Origin: Promethearchaeia archaeon
GTDB lineage: Archaea; Asgardarchaeota; Lokiarchaeia; Sigyniarchaeales; SOKP01
Reading direction: 5' to 3'
Length of the DNA: 64,000 nt
NCBI GenBank assembly: GCA_029856125.1
Contig: JAHQWJ010000062.1
Location: 64,001-128,000, forward strand
Shown here in pieces: positions 41,210 through 49,522 of this stretch. Within the stretch, counting starts at the first letter, position 1. Each line of letters starts with the position of its first letter. The position numbers and the translations under genes are program-made. A model generated the notes under the pieces. It saw nothing but the letters and a program-made list of their open reading frames with translations, made no database searches and was not told the DNA's origin.

Positions 41210-42310
41210 TTAATCATCACTTCTTGTAATTAAATACCGTTCATAATCTAAATTTAATAATTTTAATTCTTTCTTCGTTAATACTTCAAGTTCTTTATTA
41301 ATTTTTATTAAATCCTCTCTAAATTTAAGTAGAACATTTTGAATTTTATTTACTATGTTATCTTCGTTAAATGAAACTTTTTCAATAAATTCAAGATAAC
41401 TAAACTTTTTATCTTTTCCAGAATAATATTTTTTGGTTTCTAATATTTTCTCGTCGAGTTGTTCCATCCTAAACCTAGCGTTCAGTATTGTCATCACTCT
41501 GAAATGCCAATCGTTACCAATTTCATTCCTTTCTGTATCTTCATCAAAGTTGAACTTCTCAGGAAGTTCAATTTTTTCATCCCTCAGATATTTAAAGACA
41601 TCTTTCTCACCCTTAATCGCTTCAAAAATTTTTTTTAACACGGGTTTACTCCTTAATTTTGGTTCAAAGATATCTATATACTCGTTAATTTTTTCTTTTA
41701 TATCTAAATATTTCTGGTGAACCCCTTCAATTGTGATCTCAATTTTAATTGCCTGATAAACATTGCCAAATTGATCTAATATGTAGTATACATCATCGGA
41801 TATTGTGTAATCGTTTTCTCCAATTTGAGATATAAATGGATGAATATGGTTACTATTCTGACATTTTACTCCTTTTAATTTAATCAAAGCTAAATTATAA
41901 TTTCTTCTGGTAAGAAACTTAAATTTTTTATTTATCATTAAGAAAAGAGTATGGTCTGGGACCGATATTTTGTCGTTCTCGATGGTAATTGTTTCTTCTC
42001 CTAATCGTATTATAAAATCCCCATCTTTATGATTAAATTCTCTAATACTACGAATATTTTTAAACAAGCCTAAATCGATCGCTATATCGATAAAATTTTC
42101 TTCCCACAAGTTAAGTACGTTATTTTTAAATATTTCGTCTAAGATAATGACTTTCTCATAGGATTCTATAATTTTTGAATCCTTTAAGTCTTTAAACAAG
42201 TCATTTCTGATAATATATAAAAACATAATAATGTATCTCATATTAAGATCGTCCAAAACCCTTTCTATCAAGCTCTTATCATATTCTAGTGACAAATTCG
42301 TATGTTCCAT
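41210..42310 (-). CDS. Hypothetical protein with C-terminal coiled coil
   Basis: 366-aa ORF, first gene of the minus-strand operon. Confidence 0.75.
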   Translation of the reverse strand: MEHTNLSLEYDKSLIERVLDDLNMRYIIMFLYIIRNDLFKDLKDSKIIESYEKVIILDEIFKNNVLNLWEENFIDIAIDLGLFKNIRSIREFNHKDGDFIIRLGEETITIENDKISVPDHTLFLMINKKFKFLTRRNYNLALIKLKGVKCQNSNHIHPFISQIGENDYTISDDVYYILDQFGNVYQAIKIEITIEGVHQKYLDIKEKINEYIDIFEPKLRSKPVLKKIFEAIKGEKDVFKYLRDEKIELPEKFNFDEDTERNEIGNDWHFRVMTILNARFRMEQLDEKILETKKYYSGKDKKFSYLEFIEKVSFNEDNIVNKIQNVLLKFREDLIKINKELEVLTKKELKLLNLDYERYLITRSDD

Positions 42311-42635
42311 GCCTAAAATCCACTCATTTTTTTTTAACTACTAAGACAATTCAGTGAAAAAGAGTAATTGAGATAAGGTATCATTCCTAAAAAATTTTCC
42401 GTTTTATACTAAAAATCGGCTCTAAATTGTTTCTAAAATTCTTAGAACTCTTTTTTCTTCTAAATAAAAAGGTTTATTACAATAATATAGAAAATAAGTT
42501 AACTAACCGAAAAATAAATTTCAACGATATTAATCCGAATAAAAAACTCATTAAAACAAAAGTATAAATTATTGTAACAAAACTTTTTTGTTATGTTTTT
42601 CTTATTTAGTATATACAATAATTAGTGTTTGAATA

Positions 42636-43247
42636 ATGGGAAGAAGGAAACGTAAACAACAATCATATAAAAGAGTTAAGCGAGTTCCAAAGATTTTCAC
42701 GTGCCCAAATAACTAAATGGATACCCCATTTAATATGGATTGCGGTGAAAAATCTGTCAAGGTTAAGAATATTCGGAAAAGCTTAATTGCCACAGTGAAG
42801 TGTGGTCATTGTGGCTTAACAAAGGATGTTTTAATTAATTCTATATCAGAACCGGTTGATGCCTTTGGAGATTTTATCGATATTCATTACGCTGATCAGG
42901 AACTTCAGAGACTAGAAAAACGCATAGAGAAACTTAAAAAGAAAAATGAATGGGGGGAATTAGTTCTAGTTTATTCTATTTTATCGGATATTTGCAAAGC
43001 TAAAGCTGCAGAGGCCTTAGAAGATGAAGATAATGTCAACCTTGATGTAGTTAATAAATGGAAAATTAGAGCGGAAGAATATAAAAGGTTAGGAAAGGAT
43101 GCATTACTTCAACTAGACTCTCTTGAGTTAGAGAAAGGAATTAAAACAGATGACGAGTCTTTGTTTACAGAGCACGACGAGAGTGACATGAAGAGGGAAA
43201 AAAAAATCGAAGATATTTTTGACGATCCAGGCTTTCTTGAATTCTAA
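42636..43247 (+). CDS. elf1: Transcription elongation factor Elf1 with helical/acidic C-terminal extension, intron-split (exons 42636-42710 and 42741-43247; 193 aa after splicing)
   Basis: MGRRKRK...VPKIFTCPN|CGEKSV....A.VKCGHCGL......EPVD.FGDFID is the Elf1 signature. A 30-nt insert with in-frame TAA splits the first CxxC. Confidence 0.88.
42711..42740 (+). other. Putative BHB mRNA intron, 30 nt
   Basis: Central helix CCAA(42705-08)/ATGG(42735-38) with one A-A mismatch. Bulges AT^A (42709-11) and AT^T (42739-41). Intron stem TAAATGG/CCATTTA. Long exon-exon stem AGATTTTCAC-G-TGC/GCG-GTGAAAAATCT. Confidence 0.8.
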
Positions 43248-43277
43248 TCTCGTTAAAATCGACTCCCACCTGAACAA

Positions 43278-45002
43278 TTAAAATTCTGAGCTCAGTATTA
43301 CCTTTTTAATAGTTTTAGGAATATTTTTCCATATAGGGAGTTTCACTATCAATTTGAAAAACTGTTTCTGATTTAATTTTCGGTTTATTATTAGATAGCT
43401 CCAGTTATTAAACGCTAATTTATTAAAAAGATTCATTAGATTTATTCCGAGGGGGTTAAACCTTGAAGTTAATAGACTAGCAAAATATCCCCCCAACCGT
43501 TTTGTTTGAGGAACTGATTCGGGATAAACTGACTCTGAAAGAACTCTATTAAAAATTTCATAAATTGAAAAAATTGGAATAAGGTTGTTGATGTATTCGT
43601 TTACAACTTTTCTATAACTATAATCATTCAACGATAAAGTAGAAAGATCGTTTAATTTTTTTAAAGCATAATTGAAATGTTTCTCCTTAAAATAAAGCCA
43701 CATAGTCCCCATATTATCTCTAAGTTTAACCAGTTCATTGATGACTTCCATTTCTTTGAAAGAAAACGAGTTTATTTCTTCAAATTTCTTTATATAGAGT
43801 AAAAAAATTGAATCTATCGATATTTTGCTAAAATCAGTCTTAATACCATTTCGTTTCTGTTTTTGAAGATTTAATTCATCGTCGATAGTTTTATGAATAG
43901 TATGGGTATAAAGGGGAGTTGTCCATAGCATCTTCGTAATTATTTCCATAAGTCGAATATGAAGGGAACATTCTTGAATTTTAGAAAATTTTTGAGATAT
44001 TTTCAAACTTGGAACTGAAAATGATTTTGATTGATCAATCCTAAATTTAATTCTATCGGTTCTCTTTAAATTACCAATAAACTCTTTTTTTTGCTGTTTA
44101 AAGTGGATGATCTTTCTTTTTATCAACTTTTCTGTTGCTATTAAATTATTTAAATAGTCGTAAAAATTCACGTTGTATTTACGAACTATAGTTTCATGCG
44201 TAATTAATGGTACGCTAATTATTTTCTTTGATTTTTCGCTTTCAACAGACATAGCGTGATCTCCAACAGAATAAGAAAATGTTACGTTATCAAGTGCATT
44301 TTCTAAACTTGGAAACACACCAAGTGTTTTTGGGTCTTGCGTGTAATAACCGTGTAAAAGGGTGTCAATTCCTTTATAAAGGTTGTTTTTATACTCTGAT
44401 ATTATTACAGATTCAAATTCTCCAGGGTGATGCCTTTTAATTCTATATTTTTTCCCTACAAGAAAAATCGCTTGGTTTGCTCTGTGACAGATAGTATGGC
44501 TCCATTTAAACAAAGGTTCTAATAATTTACCTATAGTTAATATATACCCATAGAATTCTGGACCAAAATATATGGGGAATCCGAATCCTCTAGAAGTTGA
44601 ATACATGAATTGAAAAACATTCCTCGTTTTTTCTCCTTTTAAAAATCCAGGAAATTTGTAATGGATCGCTATTCTAGGAAAGAGCGCTCCAAAACCTAAA
44701 TTCATCCACGCCTCAAATAGGATTATGCTATCAGGAAATCTAAAAGAATCTTTATTGGTGTTTAAATCGCCGCTTGACGAATTTCTAGCGATCGGAACGG
44801 TATGAAGCCAATCTCCGTCACTTTCTATATTTTTTAACTCATCGTTAAATCTTTTTAATGTAAGAGGTTTTAGTTTCTTTTCTATCTTTGCTTTTTGATA
44901 ATAATAATTATTTAAAACCCTAACGAGGGATGTAATTTCTAGGATTTGTCTTTGTAGATCGTGAGCGACCTTTACTCTTTTTACTTTTGATCCATTAACG
45001 AT
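43278..45002 (-). CDS. Hypothetical protein (probable non-AUG start about 100 codons upstream of the track start)
   Basis: The frame is open from 45026 to the track ATG at 44705. GGTG at 45014-45011 precedes in-frame ATT 45005 and ATC 45002. Confidence 0.65.
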   Translation of the reverse strand: MVNGSKVKRVKVAHDLQRQILEITSLVRVLNNYYYQKAKIEKKLKPLTLKRFNDELKNIESDGDWLHTVPIARNSSSGDLNTNKDSFRFPDSIILFEAWMNLGFGALFPRIAIHYKFPGFLKGEKTRNVFQFMYSTSRGFGFPIYFGPEFYGYILTIGKLLEPLFKWSHTICHRANQAIFLVGKKYRIKRHHPGEFESVIISEYKNNLYKGIDTLLHGYYTQDPKTLGVFPSLENALDNVTFSYSVGDHAMSVESEKSKKIISVPLITHETIVRKYNVNFYDYLNNLIATEKLIKRKIIHFKQQKKEFIGNLKRTDRIKFRIDQSKSFSVPSLKISQKFSKIQECSLHIRLMEIITKMLWTTPLYTHTIHKTIDDELNLQKQKRNGIKTDFSKISIDSIFLLYIKKFEEINSFSFKEMEVINELVKLRDNMGTMWLYFKEKHFNYALKKLNDLSTLSLNDYSYRKVVNEYINNLIPIFSIYEIFNRVLSESVYPESVPQTKRLGGYFASLLTSRFNPLGINLMNLFNKLAFNNWSYLIINRKLNQKQFFKLIVKLPIWKNIPKTIKKVILSSEF

Positions 45003-45232
45003 AATTATTACACCAAAGAAATCAAATCAAAATAGAATGCTTCTTATAGTATTATATTTTTTTTTTAGTTTTAATTTTAATTGATTTTAAAAACTCTTAG
45101 GTTAATACTTAAAAGTAAACGACTGAAACTGAATCGTCTTCAAGTTAAAACACATTTAAATGATGCAGAGAACATTTCTTCAATCGCGAAGGTTTGAGTG
45201 AATTTATTTTAGAAAAATAATTTCTAAATTAA

Positions 45233-45676
45233 CTATCCCGATTGATTTCTCTTAGAAAAAAGCTGCTTTAATTCACCCATTATCGCACCTCTTAAGCTCA
45301 CAGGGCTAGCTGGACGCGCAGCTCCTGGGCCTCCGGGTGGTGGACCTCCGGGTGGACCTCCGGGTGGTGGTGGTGGACCTCCGGGTGGACCTCCAGAAGG
45401 TGGTGGTGCGCTGCTTGGAGAAGAAGGTGAAGCGATTACTGGGGATGCCCCACCGCCTTTGGTCCGTAGTGATGATACTTCATTGTTAAACGTATTAAAT
45501 CGTGATTCCAATGTGGATATTTTTTGATTTACAGAAGCTAAAGACTGATCTACTAAATCGGGTATTTTTAGAATTACAGACATCATTCTTTCAACAATGT
45601 CTCCAAATGCGTTTAGTTTTTCTTCTAATGGAGCCTTTTTTGTTTCTTGCATGAAATTTGCGAATTCTTCTGCCAT
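45233..45676 (-). CDS. Coiled-coil + polyproline + C-terminal WH2-like helix protein
   Basis: N-terminal heptads, PPPSGGPPGGPPPPPGGPPGGPPPGGPG, then SLRGAIMGELKQLFSKR. Confidence 0.75.
   Translation of the reverse strand: MAEEFANFMQETKKAPLEEKLNAFGDIVERMMSVILKIPDLVDQSLASVNQKISTLESRFNTFNNEVSSLRTKGGGASPVIASPSSPSSAPPPSGGPPGGPPPPPGGPPGGPPPGGPGAARPASPVSLRGAIMGELKQLFSKRNQSG
45327..45407. repeat. GC-rich coding tandem repeats (GGACCTCCGGGT units / GGT runs) encoding the Pro-Gly tract
   Basis: CCTCCGGGTGG occurs four times in about 80 bp of otherwise AT-rich DNA. Confidence 0.8.
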
Positions 45677-45806
45677 TTTATTCTCTCTAATTTAATAATA
45701 GCTATTTATCCAAGTATTTTTCTAATAATTATATATTTGAACTATTTAATAAAGTTAAGTTCATAGTTGATATTGAATTCAAAAATAAAATAAAAAAAGT
45801 TTAAAG

Positions 45807-46430
45807 TTAGCTTGCTTTGTCAACGCTATTTTTCAAATTAACCCAGAGATCATCTACTTCGTTCTTAACTTGCAAAAATTGGTCTATTTTTTTTAATAAA
45901 ATATCTCGAGCACGATCAAAATCTCTTTGTGAATCATTTAATCCAGACTCTAAGAGTTTCATTTTTTCTCCTTCGATTAAATCGTTTTTTTTTTTCTCAA
46001 CAGATAATGCTTTTTTGATGACTATGCTTCTTTTATTTGCTACTTCGCTTAAAGCCGAAGCAAATTCGTATTTTTTTTCGACTAAGTACTCCTTTTTTAC
46101 TGCGATATCTTTAATCGAATCAATATATTTGTTATTTACTTCTATATATTCATCGTTTTTGTGGATAATATCTTGGAATAATTTCACTTCTTCGTCTTTA
46201 ATATTTGATCTCTTCTCTCGTACTAGAGTCTGCATGTGTTTCAATACGTCTCTAAATGTTCTATTTACCATTTCTCGAGTTAATGTTGCTTTTTTTAAAT
46301 TTTCGGCGTATTTTTTTTGAGAATCAATTAATGTACTCTGGGCTTTTGCTAGTTTCCTTATTTGGGTCATTAATTCTTTTTCTAAACTTGATAATGTAAG
46401 TTCATCTTCATGCGTTATAATTGGACTCAT
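45807..46430 (-). CDS. All-helical coiled-coil protein, BAR-domain-like
   Basis: About 207 aa, three long amphipathic helices. YIDSIKD...K and LESGLNDSQRDFDRARDILLKKIDQF recall SNX/Vps5-type BAR helices 2-3. Confidence 0.45.
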   Translation of the reverse strand: MSPIITHEDELTLSSLEKELMTQIRKLAKAQSTLIDSQKKYAENLKKATLTREMVNRTFRDVLKHMQTLVREKRSNIKDEEVKLFQDIIHKNDEYIEVNNKYIDSIKDIAVKKEYLVEKKYEFASALSEVANKRSIVIKKALSVEKKKNDLIEGEKMKLLESGLNDSQRDFDRARDILLKKIDQFLQVKNEVDDLWVNLKNSVDKAS

Positions 46431-46522
46431 TACAATCAAACCGTAAAAATATTGATTAATGTTAAATTGCGATACTATTCTAATATAAATTCGTAATTAT
46501 AATTTTTAGTTTTTTTTTTAAG

Positions 46523-47563
46523 TTACATTTTATGAGGAAATAAGGCAGTAAGTATATTATCTTTATAATTTGCTTTTATTACCTTAGCTTCAATAACTTT
46601 TCCAATTAGATTATCCGAAAAAACTATTGGTTTTTTCAATAATACCTTTATTCCAAGCGAATCATTGATTTTACCGATACACTCGTTTTCCCACCTTCCC
46701 CTCGATACTATTTTTACTTTAATTAAGTCGTCTTTCTGAAGATTCAAGGTTGATATGCGTTTTCTTTTATGAATTCCAAAATCGTTAGGTCCAAGTTTTA
46801 ATTTAATCTTGAATTTTTTTTCCAACCGGGACAAATATAAATAAAAATAATCCCAAGATTTTGGTTGTATTTTTTTTAGGGCTCTACCAGTCTTGTAAAT
46901 TAAATATTTCTGGATACCTATTTGTAATTGACTCTTTGAATATCCCTCATTCCTTACGTTAAGAACAAATTCTATAATTTCTTCAATATCCTTGTCGTTT
47001 TCTCCGGGAAACCATACTGGTGCGATTAATACTTGTATGTTGGAATCCATCAGCGTATAAATATTACTAATAAGCTTGTCGACATCATATTGAGTACAAT
47101 TGCATAGATAACAATCCGTCTCCTCTTTTAGACTATTTAAGCTTATATTAATTCGAGTGAGTTTAGATTTTTTTAATTTTTTAATAACTGGTTTCGAAAG
47201 TAACAAACCATTAGATTGCATTGATCTAATTGAGATTCCTTTGATCTCTGAGAGTCTTTTTAAAAGATTTTCAAGTTCTTTGTAAAGTAATATCTCTCCA
47301 TAAGGAGAAAGATGAAGTTCGAGATCATAGTCACCTTTTATTCTGACAATATCTAAAACTTTTTCAATTAAGTAGTTTGAATCTACGATAAAGTTAGTGT
47401 TGTAATTACCAGAACTTACAAAACAGTACTTGCATTTGAGATTGCAAAGAGTAATTGGTTTAAGTTCGATTACATTTGTCCCTCTATCAATGATCCCTAA
47501 AAAATCTACTCCCATTAGAGGGATTTTTGAGGGTTTATTAACATATTGCATTTTATCGTTCAT
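46523..47563 (-). CDS. Radical SAM protein with C-terminal TRAM-like domain
   Basis: GIIDRGTNVIELKP.TLCNLKCKYC. Confidence 0.85.
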   Translation of the reverse strand: MNDKMQYVNKPSKIPLMGVDFLGIIDRGTNVIELKPITLCNLKCKYCFVSSGNYNTNFIVDSNYLIEKVLDIVRIKGDYDLELHLSPYGEILLYKELENLLKRLSEIKGISIRSMQSNGLLLSKPVIKKLKKSKLTRINISLNSLKEETDCYLCNCTQYDVDKLISNIYTLMDSNIQVLIAPVWFPGENDKDIEEIIEFVLNVRNEGYSKSQLQIGIQKYLIYKTGRALKKIQPKSWDYFYLYLSRLEKKFKIKLKLGPNDFGIHKRKRISTLNLQKDDLIKVKIVSRGRWENECIGKINDSLGIKVLLKKPIVFSDNLIGKVIEAKVIKANYKDNILTALFPHKM

Positions 47564-47593
47564 GGTAGAATAAATAGTAAGCTTTTATAGTTC

Positions 47594-48667
47594 TTAAATT
47601 TTAAATCTTAAAATAGCAACAATAGATCCCAAATCAATTATTTGTTTCCCTGTTGGGTGTTCGCTGCTTAAAATATGAATTTCTCCACCCAGAGATTCTA
47701 CACCGTTTAATAATTGTTCTATTCTTAATTTCTGTTTTTTTGATGCACCCCTTATAAGAATATCTGCACAAAAAAGCTCTTTTACTGCTCTTTTTTCAAT
47801 AGCATTCGAGATTTCATCGAACCCAATTGCAATTAAATCTGAATTGGTGCTAAATAACTGAAAAATTTCCTCAATTTTCTCAGTTTCAAGGAAAATTTTA
47901 ACGTTTTTCTGTAGGAGTTTGAGTTCTTTTGATTTAAGAATTTCTAGGATAGCACTTTCAGTTCCGGAGCCAGCTTGAATGCTCACGATTTTCGGTAACT
48001 TCGTTATTTGGGCTTTTTCTTTAATAAATTGTTTTAAGTGATCCTTTGTACTCCCTGGACCACATAATATTATGATTTTTAAGTCTACGCGTTCTGTTTT
48101 TTCTTTAATTATACTGCTAATATCACTATAAAATTCTTCGTACGCTTTATTTCGATGTGATTGTTCGTATCTTTTGCCCGGGATATTTTTTTTTACCGTA
48201 GCTATTCTATTATGACTGTAATTTGTAATGAGAGCGATTGTTGCCAACCCAGATTCGATCGCTACTATTAGCATGACAAAATCAGTTTGAAATCGGGGTG
48301 ATTTCCCGAGGCGCTTAATCTCGCTTTTTAACCACTTAGGTTTTTCAATTGTTAATTTTTGTCCTGGTTCTATATTAAATGTATGATATGTCCCATACGA
48401 AACAAAATCTTCTGGGCCTTCTAAGATGGTTCCTTTCACTCTTAGTCGGTTTGAAAACTCGTGGAATGCGATAGAATCGACGTTAAGTTTCAATTTCATC
48501 TGTTTTCTTTCTCCTTTAGAACCTTCTTTTAAAACGATTCTACGGTTTGTTCGTGAAGTAACATGGTCGTTTTTGGCAATGGTATTATAAAGCGTCCATA
48601 GATCGTTTAAATCTTCGATTCTTAATGAAATGGTTTCCTCCTTCTTATCAATATCCAGAATTTTCAT
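47594..48667 (-). CDS. pelA: Pelota/Dom34 mRNA surveillance factor
   Basis: EDLNDLWTL, RLRVKG.I, G.YHT, GPG..K and SSEH..G.Q...LG.I.AILRF motifs. ATG at 48667. Confidence 0.93.
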   Translation of the reverse strand: MKILDIDKKEETISLRIEDLNDLWTLYNTIAKNDHVTSRTNRRIVLKEGSKGERKQMKLKLNVDSIAFHEFSNRLRVKGTILEGPEDFVSYGTYHTFNIEPGQKLTIEKPKWLKSEIKRLGKSPRFQTDFVMLIVAIESGLATIALITNYSHNRIATVKKNIPGKRYEQSHRNKAYEEFYSDISSIIKEKTERVDLKIIILCGPGSTKDHLKQFIKEKAQITKLPKIVSIQAGSGTESAILEILKSKELKLLQKNVKIFLETEKIEEIFQLFSTNSDLIAIGFDEISNAIEKRAVKELFCADILIRGASKKQKLRIEQLLNGVESLGGEIHILSSEHPTGKQIIDLGSIVAILRFKI

Positions 48668-48813
48668 TGGGCACTTCAAACTCAAAATTCCTAAATTTTT
48701 ATAATTAATCCTAACAATTAAGTTTAACACACTTAAATTGCATCTTGCTTGGGGAATTGTGAGTTAACTAAGAATAAAGAAAAAAAATATAAAAATACAA
48801 AAACACCTAAAAT

Positions 48814-48966
48814 TTAATCTGTTGCTCCTAAGGCTTGTTTAACTTTTTCTAATTCTTCCATTCGTTTCTTTTTCTCTTCTTCGCGTTTTTTCATGTCTTC
48901 CTCGTCAACCTTTTGGAGAGCAACACCTTTTTTAATTTCGTCTTTCAATTCGTTTCCTAACGACAT
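48814..48966 (-). CDS. 50-aa WH2-like microprotein (absent from ORF track)
   Basis: MSLGNELKDEIKKGVALQKVDEEDMKKREEEKKKRMEELEKVKQALGATD*. ATG start with AAAGG/GAG upstream and T-tracts downstream. Confidence 0.75.
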   Translation of the reverse strand: MSLGNELKDEIKKGVALQKVDEEDMKKREEEKKKRMEELEKVKQALGATD

Positions 48967-49075
48967 AATAACTCAAACCTTTTAGTTTAGTTTCCTTTTA
49001 TGAGCACATTATCAATGCGTTCTATACACAATTTATGATAGAATTTATTTATAAGTCTTGGTTTTTAGAAAATGA

Positions 49076-49522
49076 TCAAATGTTCAATATCATTAAGTAA
49101 GCGCTTTGTTTGTCCCGATAATAATTTTCTATTCTTTGTGCGATTCGAAAATTAAATTTTTGATACAAGCTTATAGCAGCTTTATTTTTAGAGTTCACAT
49201 TCAATACAATTGTTTTTATCTCATCCGATGTTTTTACTTTATTCAGGGTGTATCTTAAGAGAAAACTCCCATAACCTCTTTTTCTTTCCCCTTTTCTGAT
49301 TAAAAAGTTAATCAAGTTTACTCTCTTATCTCGATCTTGAATAATAATGATGAACCCTATAATATTATTCGATAATTCGTCATCGATGAGCTTAAAAAAA
49401 TATGTGTTCTTCATTATCAAATTAAGAATTAATTCTTTAGAAAATGAGTCCTTCTTAAAAGATTTTCTTTCTAAATTGTATATTTCATCTAAATCCTTAA
49501 GAGTGACTGTATCAATAATCAT
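49076..49522 (-). CDS. RimI/Ard1-like GNAT N-acetyltransferase
   Basis: RKRGYG, LNV...NKAAISLYQKFNF and ENYY.D..SAYLM motifs. Confidence 0.85.
   Translation of the reverse strand: MIIDTVTLKDLDEIYNLERKSFKKDSFSKELILNLIMKNTYFFKLIDDELSNNIIGFIIIIQDRDKRVNLINFLIRKGERKRGYGSFLLRYTLNKVKTSDEIKTIVLNVNSKNKAAISLYQKFNFRIAQRIENYYRDKQSAYLMILNI

Noticed and set aside
45030-45232. Intergenic segment as a possible C/D-box sRNA or other ncRNA
   Set aside because: No convincing RUGAUGA...CUGA pair or stable stem was found.
45327-45407. GC-rich direct repeats as a CRISPR array or mobile-element end
   Set aside because: The units are 11-12 nt with no unique spacers and encode the Pro/Gly tract of an ORF.
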